From NCBI GenBank assembly GCA_963699545.1, contig CAVOUE010000006.1, positions 288,001 to 352,000 on the forward strand: a stretch of DNA of 64,000 nt. The letters run 5' to 3'. The stretch's first letter is position 1. Each line of letters begins with the position of its first letter. This document shows, piece after piece, positions 17,218 to 28,867 of the stretch. This DNA comes from Nitrospirota bacterium. GTDB lineage: Bacteria > Nitrospirota > Thermodesulfovibrionia > Thermodesulfovibrionales > UBA9159. Below the pieces are notes generated by a model. It worked only from the letters and a program-made list of their open reading frames with translations, was not told where the DNA came from and did not search any database. A program made the translations under genes and the position numbers.

Positions 17218-18855
17218 TCAGCCTGTCTTCAGTGCCTTTTGATACTCATCCCATAGCCTCTCTTTTGGTACATAGTTGTCGATGAAGTCCCATGGCAGTA
17301 TATCATGAAAATCTCTCTGCCGGAAGAGGGAGAAATTCGGATCTATGCCGGCTTCGGCGCACGCCCTTCCCCAATCCTCGACAACCTGCATCTTCTCCAG
17401 AACCCAGGCAATTCTCCTGTCACCCCTTGAGAAGAGTCCCTGCATGTAGGCATATTTCGGGACATCATGAAATACCTTCACCCCCTTGAGCAGGGCGAGT
17501 TCCTTCTTTACGGATTTCAGCCTGCCCTTTACCACCTCCATCTTTTCCATGGGATGCCACTGAAAGGGGGTGAACGGCTTCGGGACAAAGGTGCTCAGCG
17601 TCAGGACAATTTTCCCTTTCTCCGAAATCCTCCTGATCTTTTTCACAAGGGAAATTATCCCTTCCACATCCCTTTCGCCCTCGGTGGGAAGGCCGACCAT
17701 GAAATACAGCCTGAGGGTCTCAATCCCATGGGCGAGGATGTGCTCCGCTGTTTCAACAATGCTCTCTTCGGTTATCCTTTTGTCGATCACGTTCCTCAAC
17801 CGCTGGGTGCCCGCCTCCGGCGCTATGGAGACGCTCTTATGCCCCTTGAGAAGGCCCATGAGTTCAGCGCTTTTCCTGCTCGCCCTGAGAGAGGTGATCG
17901 AGAAATCGACGCCGTCCATGCAAAGGATATCCCCTGCGTGCGGGTAGTCAGTGAGGGAGGGGGCGATAAGCCCGAGCCTGCTGCCCGCTGCCGCTGCCTC
18001 TGCAATCTCCTTTTTTAATGCCCCCGGGTCCTTCTTCCGTACCGGCTTATACACGGAACCGGCAACACAGAACCTGCAGTTCCACGGACATCCCCGCATG
18101 GCCTCGGTGAGATACATGCCGGAAAACTCCGTTTCCGGTGTCATAATGGATGGCCTGAAGGAACGCCCTGATATCTCCTTCACAAATCTTCTCCTTATGT
18201 GCCCCGGCGCATCGGCCCGCGCCGTTCTCCCGTCAATTCTCCCGTCAGATCCGTACGTGATCGCGTACAGGTGCGGCAGGTAAACCCCATCAATGCCCCT
18301 CACCCTCCCAAGGAGATCTTCCCTGCTCCGGGAAGCCCCGAACGAATCCATGAAGTCCGGAAGCATCTCCTCTGCCTCTCCGATAAAGCAGATGTCAAAG
18401 AAGTCCGCCAGCGGCTCCGGATTAAAGAATGCGCACACCCCTCCCATGATGAGGAGGGGATGAACGTCCTTTCGTTCAGCCGCCCTCGCAGGGATCTTCG
18501 CCATCTCAAGGAGCTTCAGGACATTGGGATAATCATTTTCGAAGGAGACCGAAAAAGCAACGATATCGAATCTGTTCAGAGGTCGTTTCGATTCCATGGA
18601 CACAATCTCGCTCCGTGTCCTCAGATATTCCTCCCCGTCCTCTTCGTCGGGGAGGAACGTTCTTTCGCAGACCACCTCTGCCCTCGCATTCAGCGCCGTG
18701 TAAATACCCTGGAAACCGAGGTTTGACATGCCGATGTGGTACGTATTGGGATAGACAATGCAGACGCTGATTCTTCCGCCGGGGTCCTTATGGACGGTCC
18801 CTTTTTCCTTTGCGAGGAGAGAATCTATCTTCGCCGCTAGCTTCCTGCTCACCAT
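17218..18855 (-). CDS. B12-binding-like radical SAM protein
   Basis: YPNTYHIGMSNLG, RGCPWNCRFC, APEAG, YFMVGLPTE, FVPKPFTPFQW. Confidence 0.85.
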   Translation of the reverse strand: MVSRKLAAKIDSLLAKEKGTVHKDPGGRISVCIVYPNTYHIGMSNLGFQGIYTALNARAEVVCERTFLPDEEDGEEYLRTRSEIVSMESKRPLNRFDIVAFSVSFENDYPNVLKLLEMAKIPARAAERKDVHPLLIMGGVCAFFNPEPLADFFDICFIGEAEEMLPDFMDSFGASRSREDLLGRVRGIDGVYLPHLYAITYGSDGRIDGRTARADAPGHIRRRFVKEISGRSFRPSIMTPETEFSGMYLTEAMRGCPWNCRFCVAGSVYKPVRKKDPGALKKEIAEAAAAGSRLGLIAPSLTDYPHAGDILCMDGVDFSITSLRASRKSAELMGLLKGHKSVSIAPEAGTQRLRNVIDKRITEESIVETAEHILAHGIETLRLYFMVGLPTEGERDVEGIISLVKKIRRISEKGKIVLTLSTFVPKPFTPFQWHPMEKMEVVKGRLKSVKKELALLKGVKVFHDVPKYAYMQGLFSRGDRRIAWVLEKMQVVEDWGRACAEAGIDPNFSLFRQRDFHDILPWDFIDNYVPKERLWDEYQKALKTG

Positions 18856-19064
18856 CAGGAATAGTATACATCAAGCATGCCGGGAGAGAGTTATCGCTCA
18901 TGCTGTTGCTCCGGGCCATGTTAATGATCGCAACGGTCAAGGTTGACATTTGTCCGCGGAAGAGTAGTATATGTGGTAGAATATGCCACAAAAAAATGGG
19001 ATCCAGGAATGCAAAAGGCAAGTGCGATCTTCAAAGATAAGGTGAGAGAGGTCTGCGGATCACG

Positions 19065-20406
19065 ATGATAGAACTGAATTTTTCGAACATGATGACAGAG
19101 GTTCTCGGAGAGAAGGGCATCTCCGAGAGACAGATCGAGGCCCTCAGGGAGAAGATCGAGAGGGCCCACCAGGAGATCGTGCAGAAGAAGTGGGCTGAGC
19201 TTGCTTTCATGGACCTCGTGTCCCAGGATACGGACGAGATCAGGAAAACCGCCGAATGGGTGGGAAAGAATGCAGAAGATTTTCTTATCTTCGGAATAGG
19301 CGGCTCGGCCCTCGGCCCCCGTTCCATCCTGGAGGCCCTCAGTCCTTTCCATAACCTCAAAAAAAGGCCGAGGGTGTTCATCTACGACAATGTGGATCCC
19401 GGCACTCTCAGCTCTATTCTCACCCTCGTAGACATGAAGAAGAGCATCGCAAATGTCATCACAAAATCGGGAAACACTGCGGAGAACCATGGCGTCGTTC
19501 ATGGTGATCTGGGATGAACTCTCAAAGGCAATCGGGAGCAACGCAGGGCAAAGAATCATCGCAACCACCGACCCCGAGAAAGGCAACCTCAGGACCATTG
19601 CGCGGGAGAGGGGCTTCAGAACCCTCCCCATTCCCCCGGGGGTTGTGGGAAGATATTCCGTCCTGAGTCCTGTGGGCCTTCTTCTTGCCGAGGTGATCGG
19701 AATTGAAGCAAAAGAGATGCTTCGCGGAGCTGCCGATATCACCGGCAAGTGCTCCGAAGCGGAAATATGGAAAAACCCGGCGTACCTTTTTGGGACACTC
19801 CTCTACCTCATGGACAAGGAAGAGAAAAGAAATATCAGCGTCATGATCCCCTACGCGGACGGTCTGAAATACCTTTCTGAATGGTTCAGCCAGTTATGGG
19901 CGGAGAGCCTCGGGAAGCTCGGCATGGGCATGACACCCTACCCCTCCCTCGGCACAGTGGACCAGCACTCCCAGCTCCAGCTCTGGATGGAAGGACCTGA
20001 AGACAAGGTCTTCATCTTCATGAGGGTCATGGATTACGGAAGAGACATCAGGATACCTGAAGTCTTTAAGGATATGGAGGGGATCGGTTATCTGGGAGGA
20101 CACCTCCTTTCGGGATTGATCAAGGCAGAGGAAGAGTCCACGGAGCTTGCCCTCACAAAGAACAAAAGACCGAACATGACCATTCACGTTCCTTCCGTCG
20201 ACGCATACCACATCGGCCAGCTCTTCCAGTTCTTCGAGATCGCAACGGCATTTACGGGATTTCTTTACGGAGTCAACCCCTTTAATCAGCCCGGCGTGGA
20301 AGAGGGCAAGAACTTCACCTACGGGATGATGGGGAAAAAGGGCTTTGACCAGAAACGGGAGGAAGTGGAGAAGGCACGGGAGAAGAAGATTTGCTACAGG
20401 CTCTAA
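19065..20406 (+). CDS. pgi: Glucose-6-phosphate isomerase; +1 frameshift at about 19485 (probable sequencing error)
   Basis: GIGGSALG, TKSGNTAE|TMA, GRYSVLS, QLWAESLGK, DQHSQLQL, FNQPGVE across two ORFs. Confidence 0.93.
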
Positions 20407-20547
20407 AGAACGACCTTTATCCTCTGCGCCACTATGGGGAACAACCGGACAGGGACATCCATCATTCCTGACGACATCTTCATCAGAGGGCACAGGATCC
20501 CTTGGTTCCCTATTTACAAACCTACGTAATTGTGCTATTTTCTGCTT

Positions 20548-21198
20548 ATGGATACCGGCCTTATTGATAATCCTACACGAAGGAAAATACTCCTCGCTCT
20601 GAAGAAGAACGGCAGTATGTCCGTAGACGACCTCAGCGACACGGTTAAGATCACACCCATGGGGGTGAGACAGCACCTCCTCATCCTCGAAAGAAAGGGC
20701 GCTGTTGAATACATAACCAGAAAGCACGGCGTGGGACGGCCGTGCTTTCTTTACCGGCTGACGGAGACCGCCGACGACCTTTTTCCGAAGTCATATCAGA
20801 CCTTTGCCATGGACGTACTTACGGAACTCGAACGTCTCGACGGAAAGGGAAAGGTCGACGATATATTGAGAATGAGAAAAGAGAGGATCTCGGAGAAAAT
20901 GACACGATTGTTTTCGGGTAAGGAAACGCTTTCCGAACGACTTCACTCTCTGAGCGATCTGCTCGATCGGGACGGGTTTATAACTGAACTGGAAGAAGAT
21001 GACGCGAACTTCAAGCTCAAACAGTTCAATTGCCCCATCTCAAAGGTGGCTCTCCGCTTCCGGGAAGCATGCACGCACGACCTTCAGCTCTTCAGGGAGG
21101 TCATCGGAAAGGGTGTCTCAAGGGAACAGTGCCTCGCCGATGGTGATCAGGCGTGCGTCTACGTGATTCCCAAGTACGACCAGACCCCTATGAAGTAG
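20548..21198 (+). CDS. ArsR/SufR-like HTH regulator with C-terminal Cys cluster
   Basis: TRRKIL..LK, TPMGVRQHL, GRP, DDLFPKSY, NCPI..C..C..C. Confidence 0.82.
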   Translation: MDTGLIDNPTRRKILLALKKNGSMSVDDLSDTVKITPMGVRQHLLILERKGAVEYITRKHGVGRPCFLYRLTETADDLFPKSYQTFAMDVLTELERLDGKGKVDDILRMRKERISEKMTRLFSGKETLSERLHSLSDLLDRDGFITELEEDDANFKLKQFNCPISKVALRFREACTHDLQLFREVIGKGVSREQCLADGDQACVYVIPKYDQTPMK

Positions 21199-21204
21199 CT
21201 GTAT

Positions 21205-22134
21205 CTATTTCTTGGTATCAGGCGTTGAGGGTTGACCCGTTTTATTACCCTCGGCCTCAGGTTTCCCCTTTCCCTTGATTGAACCCCCTATGCCGGCGAT
21301 AGCCTCCTTGTTCTTCTCCACGCTATACGACTTCTTGAGGCCCTCCATATAGGAATCAAAGGCTTCCTTCTGTTTTTCGGCAGTCACCTTCTGCGTCAGC
21401 AGGTCCTTCACTTTGTCGAACTCCACGATCTTTCCCTCTTTTTTCCCGGTGACCTTGATGATGTGGTATCCGAACTGTGTCTTCACCGGACCGGCCACCT
21501 CACCTTCCTTGAGGCTGAAGGCAGCCCTGTCAAATTCGGGGACCATTTGACCTCTCGAAAAGTAACCGAGATCCCCCCCGTTCTGTGCCGAACCGGTATC
21601 TATGGACTTAGCCTTTGCGATCTTTGCAAAATCCGCGCCCTTCTTCACCTGGTCAAGGATCTTCTTTGCATCATCCTCCGACTTCACCAGGATATGGCTT
21701 GCCCTGACCTGGTTATTGGTGGTGAGGTCGCCCTTGTGTTTTTCATAGTAGTCCTTCACATCCTTGTCGTTCACTTTTGCCTTATCCTCGATCTCCTTTG
21801 CCAGGAGCAGGCCGATCAGGGTAAGTTTCTTAAAATCCTCAAGTTTCTTCTGATAGTCGGAATTGCCCTCAAGGCCCTTCTTCTTTGCCTCCTGATAGAG
21901 CATCTCCTTTTTTACCAGCTCATCCACAAACTTCTCTGCGCCCTCGGGTCCTTCGAACATCCTCTGTATCTGCTCAGGAAGCCCCTTCAGCTCCCTGTTC
22001 ACATCCTCCTGGGTAATGGTCACAGAACCGACCTTGGCGACGTATGCGGACGACTTCTGTTCTCCCTTTTTCCCGCATGAAAAAAGCAGGGCGAACATCA
22101 TCAGCATCGCCAGCAATGGTAATCTCTTCATCAT
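21205..22134 (-). CDS. Parvulin-type peptidylprolyl isomerase lipoprotein (PrsA-like)
   Basis: Lipobox FSC, RASHILV, GGDLGYF, MVPEF, TQFGYHII. Confidence 0.92.
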   Translation of the reverse strand: MMKRLPLLAMLMMFALLFSCGKKGEQKSSAYVAKVGSVTITQEDVNRELKGLPEQIQRMFEGPEGAEKFVDELVKKEMLYQEAKKKGLEGNSDYQKKLEDFKKLTLIGLLLAKEIEDKAKVNDKDVKDYYEKHKGDLTTNNQVRASHILVKSEDDAKKILDQVKKGADFAKIAKAKSIDTGSAQNGGDLGYFSRGQMVPEFDRAAFSLKEGEVAGPVKTQFGYHIIKVTGKKEGKIVEFDKVKDLLTQKVTAEKQKEAFDSYMEGLKKSYSVEKNKEAIAGIGGSIKGKGKPEAEGNKTGQPSTPDTKK

Positions 22135-22357
22135 TTCCTCCCTGGTAGTTTTTTGATTTTTCTTTATACCATATTATGCGCGGTGATGTAAATGAAAATA
22201 CGAATCTTTGACATTTTTTCATCGTCTATGCTATTTTTATAAGTTACGTAAATGAGAGGTAATGAGGCTAAATCCCGGGAGTTGTTGGTCTGTTTCGGGT
22301 CAGTGTTGTCCTCATCGGTCATAGTCCCGTTGCCGGGGAACTGAACACTAGAGAGAT

Positions 22358-23641
22358 ATGAACTGGGGAAAATCGAGGAGACTTTATAACAGGGCGATGA
22401 AGGTAATCCCCGGGGGCGTCAACAGCCCTGTTCGCGCATTCAAGGCTGTGGGCGGCAACCCCCTCTTCATCACAGGGGCCAAAGGCCCGAAGATCTATGA
22501 CGCAGACGGAAACGTCTACATAGATTATGTGCTTTCCTGGGGTCCGATGATTCTGGGACATGCTCATCCGAGGGTCGTGAATGCACTCAAGGCCGCGGTA
22601 GAGAAGGGCACGAGCTATGGCGCACCCACCTCACTCGAAACAGAGCTGGCAGAACTCGTTATCAAGGTCTATCCTTCCATAGAGAAGGTCCGGATGGTAA
22701 ATTCCGGCACAGAGGCCACCATGAGCGCTATCAGAGTGGCGCGGGGATTCACGGGAAGGGACAGGATCATCAAATTCGAGGGGTGCTACCATGGACATGC
22801 CGATGGTCTTCTCGTAAAGGCGGGTTCAGGCGCCACTACCTTCGGTGTGCCCGACAGTCCCGGAGTCCCGAAGTCCTATGCAAAAAATACCATCACCCTC
22901 CCCTTTAACAATCTTAAGATCGTAAAGGAAGCAATCGAAAAAGAGTGGAAAAATATCGCCTGCGTTATCCTGGAGCCGGTAGTGGGCAATATCGGGTGTG
23001 TGCTTCCGGGTGCAGGCTTCCTCGAAGGCCTGCGAAGGCTCACAAAAAAATACGGGATCGTCCTCATCTTTGACGAGGTGATGACTGGTTTCAGGGTGTC
23101 GTATGGCGGCGCACAAGCATATTACGGCATCGAGCCTGACATGACCTGCCTCGGAAAAGTGATCGGCGGAGGCCTTCCAGTGGGAGCCTACGGCGGGAAA
23201 AAGGAGATCATGTCCATGGTTGCCCCCGAAGGTCCGGTATATCAGGCCGGAACGCTCTCGGGAAACCCCCTGGCGATGACAGCGGGGATAGAAACACTGA
23301 AGATACTTTCAATGAAAGGAAAATACGATGCGCTCCTGGAAAAGGCGGCCCTGCTTGAGGAAGGACTGAAGGACGCGGCAAGGAGAGCGGGTGCCGAGAC
23401 AAAGTTTTACCGTGCGGGGACCATGTTCTGCACCTACTTCACAGGGAAGGAAGTGGTTGATTACGAGTCTGCCAAGACCTCCGACACCATGAGTTTTTCA
23501 CGGTTCTTCAGAGGCATGCTCTCCAGGGGGATCAATCTCGCTCCTTCCCAGTTCGAGGCGGGATTCATCTCCCTTGCCCATACCGAACGTGATATCAAGA
23601 AGACCATAGACGCTGCATACGATGCATTTAAAGAATGCTGA
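22358..23641 (+). CDS. hemL: Glutamate-1-semialdehyde 2,1-aminomutase
   Basis: [49 protein letters not shown]. Confidence 0.97.
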   Translation: MNWGKSRRLYNRAMKVIPGGVNSPVRAFKAVGGNPLFITGAKGPKIYDADGNVYIDYVLSWGPMILGHAHPRVVNALKAAVEKGTSYGAPTSLETELAELVIKVYPSIEKVRMVNSGTEATMSAIRVARGFTGRDRIIKFEGCYHGHADGLLVKAGSGATTFGVPDSPGVPKSYAKNTITLPFNNLKIVKEAIEKEWKNIACVILEPVVGNIGCVLPGAGFLEGLRRLTKKYGIVLIFDEVMTGFRVSYGGAQAYYGIEPDMTCLGKVIGGGLPVGAYGGKKEIMSMVAPEGPVYQAGTLSGNPLAMTAGIETLKILSMKGKYDALLEKAALLEEGLKDAARRAGAETKFYRAGTMFCTYFTGKEVVDYESAKTSDTMSFSRFFRGMLSRGINLAPSQFEAGFISLAHTERDIKKTIDAAYDAFKEC

Positions 23642-23660
23642 ATTGCGAGGAGGATAGAGA

Positions 23661-24665
23661 ATGTTCCGGAGGATAAAGGAACTCATGCTTCGCCCTTTCA
23701 GGTGGCTGGAGACCGGTATGCCGCTGAAAGCCAAGATCATCATAGCGGTGCTCCTTCTCCTGATGCTGGTAGGCGCCGGTTACGGCTCCTTCAGGTTCTA
23801 TGACTTCACCCAGAACAACCCGAAATTCTGCGTAAGCTGCCATTTGATGAAGACGTCCTTCGAGGCGTGGGAAAAGAGCGAGCACAAGGCGATCAACTGC
23901 CATGAATGTCATCATCTCACGGTGCCGGAGATGAACAACCTGCTCATAAGCTTCGTATTGAAGCGTCCCACTGCGGTCCCTGACAGGCACGGCAAGATCA
24001 TCGTCCCCTGGAAGTTCTGTATACGATGCCACTGGGAGAAAGACGCAAGGTATCCGAATGCCCCTATGATAAACAAATCGAACCTCCATGCCAAACATGT
24101 ATTTATAGAGCAGACGGAATGTTCCAAGTGCCACGGTTATATTGTCCACAAATTCACTCCTGAAGAGAGGTTCTGCACGAAGTGTCATCAGGGCAAAGAA
24201 GTGCACGGCGAAGGAATGGAAGCACTTGCCTGCCTCAACTGCCATACCGACAGGACGAAGGATCTCAGACCCGGGAGAAAGAAATGCCTCTTCTGTCACG
24301 GCGGGGAAGAGATCAGAAAAGAGCTGATAGCCGATCGCTCCATGGACGTGATGCACTATCAGCCCTCCCAGGCCACTATCAAGAGAGCGATAAAGATCAA
24401 TGTGCCATCGGATGCCCCGATGCAGTTCCACTGCTACCAGTGCCACCAGCCCCACGCAAAAGGCAGACCTGACTGGGGTGACTGCCTTAACTGTCACAGG
24501 AACATCCCCGACACGGGCAAGCACACTCTTCACATAAAGGTTGTGGGCATGAAATGCAAGGAATGCCACAAGCCCCATGTATGGCGAGTGACTGCTGAGA
24601 ACGCGAAGAAGGACTGCATCAAGTGCCATGAGTACAGGGAACCGAAGAAATTCATCGGTTCCTGA
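23661..24665 (+). CDS. Membrane-anchored 11-heme cytochrome c with NapC/NirT-like N-terminus
   Basis: One TM helix, then FCVSCH and 10 further CxxCH motifs. Confidence 0.88.
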   Translation: MFRRIKELMLRPFRWLETGMPLKAKIIIAVLLLLMLVGAGYGSFRFYDFTQNNPKFCVSCHLMKTSFEAWEKSEHKAINCHECHHLTVPEMNNLLISFVLKRPTAVPDRHGKIIVPWKFCIRCHWEKDARYPNAPMINKSNLHAKHVFIEQTECSKCHGYIVHKFTPEERFCTKCHQGKEVHGEGMEALACLNCHTDRTKDLRPGRKKCLFCHGGEEIRKELIADRSMDVMHYQPSQATIKRAIKINVPSDAPMQFHCYQCHQPHAKGRPDWGDCLNCHRNIPDTGKHTLHIKVVGMKCKECHKPHVWRVTAENAKKDCIKCHEYREPKKFIGS

Positions 24666-24702
24666 GAACAGACTCTAAGGGATCCGGGAGAAGCGGGGAG
24701 GC

Positions 24703-24732
24703 GCATTGGGGGAGCCGACGCTCCCCCAATGC
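24703..24732. other. Perfect 13-bp intergenic hairpin
   Basis: GCATTGGGGGAGC-cgac-GCTCCCCCAATGC, no U-tract. Confidence 0.55.
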
Positions 24733-24799
24733 CGGTTGTCCGGACCCGGATTATACTATACAATAACAATAACCTGGAGAAGAAGGGGAGGGAGAAGCG

Positions 24800-25276
24800 G
24801 TGAAGAGTCATGTGTGGCGACCACTTTTTGTGGTGGTAGGGATCGTTATCCTTATACTCATTGGGAGACAGTTCCTGGTGCCTAAGGACTTCGGCATACA
24901 CGAGCGCGGTTACATGTACGGCTTCCATAACAAGGGCAATGAGCAGTGGTGGAAGGAATTCAAGGTGAAATACAGGTTCGACAGCGAATACTGCAAGGGC
25001 TGCCACAGCGATAAATATGAGAGCATAATGAAGACGCCTCACGCCATTATTCAGTGTGAGAATTGTCATGGACCCGCGTTGGACCATCCCTCAGACCCCC
25101 CAAAGCTTGCAATCGACAAAAAGAGGGAGCAGTGCCTGCGGTGCCACTATCCTCTTGCCTATCCCTCGAGCGGGAGGGCGAACATCAGGGGAATAGATCC
25201 GGAAAAACATAATCCCGGCATCGAATGTTCCATGTGCCATAACCCGCACAGCCCCAAGATTGGAGGGATGATATGA
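24800..25276 (+). CDS. Tetraheme cytochrome c, membrane anchored
   Basis: CKGCH, CENCH, CLRCH, CSMCH. Confidence 0.88.
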   Translation: MKSHVWRPLFVVVGIVILILIGRQFLVPKDFGIHERGYMYGFHNKGNEQWWKEFKVKYRFDSEYCKGCHSDKYESIMKTPHAIIQCENCHGPALDHPSDPPKLAIDKKREQCLRCHYPLAYPSSGRANIRGIDPEKHNPGIECSMCHNPHSPKIGGMI

Positions 25277-26069
25277 TGAACAGACGCGACTTTCTGAAAA
25301 ACGCGGTGACGGGGATTGCCGGGCTGGCATTACCCCTTGCCGCAGTCGAAATAGTCAGCCCGAGGAGTATCTTCGCGGCCAGGGGCGAAACCGGCAAGGA
25401 ATCCAAGGTGCGGTGGGCATTCCTGGTTGATACGTATAAATGTGTCGGGTGCGGGCTCTGCGTTAAGGCATGCAAAATGGAAAACGAGTATACCCGTATG
25501 AGGCCAACGTGACAAGAACGTGGGTAGAGCGTTACGTACTGACAAAGGATGGCAGAATATTTGCTGACACACCCAAAGGTGCACGGGATGGTTTTCTCAC
25601 CAGCAAGATCGACCTCGGCGAGGGAAGATTTCAGGACATAAAGAAGGAAGATATCGAAAAGGCCTTTTTTGTCCCGAAGCTCTGCAATCAGTGTGAAAAC
25701 CCTCCCTGTGTCCAGGTATGTCCCGTGGGTGCGACCTATCAGGCTGCGGACGGAGTGGTGCTTGTTGACCGGAAGTGGTGCATAGGCTGCGGATATTGCA
25801 TCATGGCCTGTCCCTACGGCGTGAGGTTTTTCCATCCGGTTTATAAGGTGGCCGAGAAATGCACGTTCTGCTACCACAGGATAACCAAGGGCATGAAGAC
25901 GGCCTGTGTGAGCGCATGCCCGTTCGGTGCAAGGCAGATTGGGAACATCAGAGACCCCAACGACCCGGTATCGCGAATCATACGAACCGAAAGGGTCAGC
26001 GTTCTGAAGGACGAATACGGAACCAGACCGCAGGTGTATTACCGGGGCATAAGCAGGGAGGTAATCTAA
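25273..26069 (+). CDS. Tat-exported 4Fe-4S protein (NrfC/DsrO-like); frameshift at about 25490
   Basis: NRRDFLK Tat motif, CVGCGLCVKAC | CNQCENPPC, CIGCGYC, CTFC. Confidence 0.88.
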
Positions 26070-26071
26070 AT

Positions 26072-27326
26072 ATGGTACACGGAGAAATCTGGACGGTAAA
26101 AGAATTATTTGTAACCCCAAACGAGTATATCTACTGGAGCATACAGATCGTCATGTACCCTTTCATGACCGGGCTCGTTGCAGGGGCCTTTGTCCTTTCG
26201 TCCCTGTATCATGTCTTTGGGATAAAGGAGCTCAAGGAGATTGCCCGGTTCGCCCTGGTCTTCTCCCTGGCCCTCCTGCCGGTTGCCATGATGCCCCTCC
26301 AGCTGCACCTTCAGCAGCCCCGAGCGGGGAATCGAGGTTTTTCTGACGCCTCACTTCACCTCGGCCATCGCCGCCTTTGGTATTGTGTTCAGCACCTACG
26401 CCGCTATTGTCGCTTCCGAGATCTGGTTTGTCTATAGAAAATATATTGTCGATACCGCCCTTGCTTTGCGTAATAAGGCGGATAAGAACATGGGAGAAAA
26501 AATATATCATCTTATTTTCTCCATCCTGACCCTCGGCTCTTACGATTTAAGCGAGAGGGCCCTGCATCAGGACGAGAAGGCAGTGAAGATCCTTGCGGGG
26601 ATAGGTATCCCGATTGCCTGTTTCTTACATGGCTATGCGGGCTTCATCTTCGGCTCTGTCAAGGCAAATGCGTTATGGATGACACCCCTCATGCCGGTCA
26701 TCTTCATCATGTCTGCAGTGGTATCCGGTATCGCCCTCTGCATGTTCACCTATATCGTCGTTATGGAAATAAGGAGAATCCTCGCGGCGAGAAAGAAGAC
26801 CACCTATGGGATGTATCAGTCCATAGAAGAGATAAAGGGCATCGAGATAAGTGTGATCAAAATGACCGCAAAGTACCTCCTTTTCTTCCTCATCTTCGCC
26901 ATTAGCCTCGAGCTCCTGGACCTTATCTTCAGGGGATATACCGCGGTCAAGACCTGGGACATCCTGAGGAGCGTTATTTACGGCAAGGACTTCATGGACA
27001 TCTTTGTTTTCCAGTACGGCATCGGGAACCTCCTTCCCTTCATCCTCTTCCTGCTTCCCGGGTTGACTATACGGCGAACGGTGGTCGGCGTCCTCCTCGT
27101 GCTCTTCGGCGTGTTCATGATGCGGTGGAACGTCGTTATCGGCGGACAGTCCTTCTCCCTGACTTTTGCAGGATTCATGCATTACCACCTTCCGATCATT
27201 CCCCATGACATGGAAACCTTCAAGGAAGGACTCTTCGGCGCTCTCCTGGTTATCATAACCCCCTTTGTGCTGTTCTGGGGATTGAACAAGATCTTCCCGG
27301 TCTTCATCAAGGAATCGGCTGACTGA
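26072..27326 (+). CDS. NrfD/PsrC family membrane protein; frameshift at about 26320
   Basis: WSIQIVMYPFMTGLVAGAF, HLQQP|ERG, LHGYAGFIF, MRWNVVIGGQ. Confidence 0.87.
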
Positions 27327-27399
27327 TCCTTGAAATGGCAAAAAGAAGAGAAAGTGTCTTATAATAGAAGAGTGTATAATGTTGCCCGGGTGAGAAGCG

Positions 27400-27915
27400 A
27401 TGAGCGATAAAAAGAGACACGTGCTGGTAATGTTTGGAGCGTTTTTCCTTCTGCCACTTTTCCTTTCCTTGGCCGAAGCCGCCGAGCAGGATATCCCGAA
27501 GAAGTTCTTCGTTCCCCCTCCCCCTTTCACGCCCGGCATATTTCCTTGTTCGCAGTGCCATCAGGGCATGCCGGTGAACAGGAAACCGAGGAAGCTTGAA
27601 ATGATGCACCAGGATATTATTTTGAAGCACATGCCGGACGGATGGTGCTTTGACTGTCATAACCCCGACAACAGAGACACCCTGAGACTCGCCAACGGCA
27701 AACTCGTGAAGTTCGAGGAATCATATAACCTCTGCGGTCAATGCCACGGCACCATCCTTCGCGAATGGAAAGCGGGACTCCATGGTAAAAGGACGGGGAT
27801 GTGGAATGGAGAAAAACAGTATCTTCTTTGCGTCCACTGCCACTGGCCCCATGAACCGGTTTTCAAACCTATAAAGCCTCTTCCTCCCCCGGTGAGGCCT
27901 TCGGATATTAAATAG
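27400..27915 (+). CDS. Tetraheme cytochrome c
   Basis: Signal peptide; CSQCH, CFDCH, CGQCH, CVHCH. Confidence 0.88.
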   Translation: MSDKKRHVLVMFGAFFLLPLFLSLAEAAEQDIPKKFFVPPPPFTPGIFPCSQCHQGMPVNRKPRKLEMMHQDIILKHMPDGWCFDCHNPDNRDTLRLANGKLVKFEESYNLCGQCHGTILREWKAGLHGKRTGMWNGEKQYLLCVHCHWPHEPVFKPIKPLPPPVRPSDIK

Positions 27916-27925
27916 ATGTTTTGAG

Positions 27926-28858
27926 GTGCTTATGAAAAAGGAAAAGAACAATAGAAGGGAACTCTCCCTGGATCGCCGGACCTTTTTGAAGGGCGCTGCC
28001 ATCGGGCTCGCCGGAACTGCCCTTCCCCTTAATAAAGCTGATGCCTCGTTCTGGGAGGCCTTCTTTCAGAAACACTTCCACGAGATGGATGATGCGGAGA
28101 TAAAGAGGGTCATCCAGCGACTTGAAAAAGAGGCCGAGCAGAAATATAAGAAAGCCATCACGATAGGTAACGAGAAGGCGATGCCTGGGGTGCTCTTCGG
28201 TTACGGCCTCGACCTATCGCGGTGCATCGGCTGCAGAAGGTGCGTTTACGCCTGCGTGGACGAGAACAATCAGTCCAAAGATCCGCAGATACACTGGATA
28301 ACGGTTCTCCGCTTTAAAAAGGGTGAGAAATGGGTCGACCTTGAAGAATCCGAGAAATATTATAACCCTCCACAGGTCCCGGAAAAGGAGTACTTCTATA
28401 TGCCGGTACAGTGTCAACAGTGCGAGAATCCTCCGTGTGTCAGGGCATGTCCCACGCAGGCAACATGGAAGGACCCGGACGGCATTGTGGTAATAGACTA
28501 CAACTGGTGCATCGGGTGCAGGTACTGTATGGCCGCCTGTCCTTACGGCGCACGGCATTTCAACTGGAAGGAACCCGGAAGGAAAGCGGAAGAGATCAAT
28601 CCCAACACGCACTATCTCGGCAACCGGCCCCGCTACAGAGGAGTTGTGGAGAAGTGCACTTTTTGCATACAGAGGACACGGAATGGCAGGTACCCCGCAT
28701 GCGTTGAGGCGTGTCCCGTGGGTGCGCGCAAGTTCGGCGATCTCCTTGATCCCAACAGCGAGATGCGATACCTCATCGAGCACAAAAGGGTCTTCAGACT
28801 GAAAGAGCAGTTGAACACCAGTCCGAAGTTCTATTACTTCTTTGCATACGGGAGGTAG
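27926..28858 (+). CDS. Tat-exported 4Fe-4S protein (DsrO/NrfC-like)
   Basis: DRRTFLK; four Cys cluster motifs; RPRYRGVVEKCTFC. Confidence 0.88.
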   Translation: MLMKKEKNNRRELSLDRRTFLKGAAIGLAGTALPLNKADASFWEAFFQKHFHEMDDAEIKRVIQRLEKEAEQKYKKAITIGNEKAMPGVLFGYGLDLSRCIGCRRCVYACVDENNQSKDPQIHWITVLRFKKGEKWVDLEESEKYYNPPQVPEKEYFYMPVQCQQCENPPCVRACPTQATWKDPDGIVVIDYNWCIGCRYCMAACPYGARHFNWKEPGRKAEEINPNTHYLGNRPRYRGVVEKCTFCIQRTRNGRYPACVEACPVGARKFGDLLDPNSEMRYLIEHKRVFRLKEQLNTSPKFYYFFAYGR

Positions 28859-28867
28859 GGTGGATAC

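Noticed and set aside
23628-24629. Long antisense ORFs (this one, 25185-26120, 47337-48578, 15061-15975 and others)
   Set aside because: Shadows of well-supported genes on the opposite strand.
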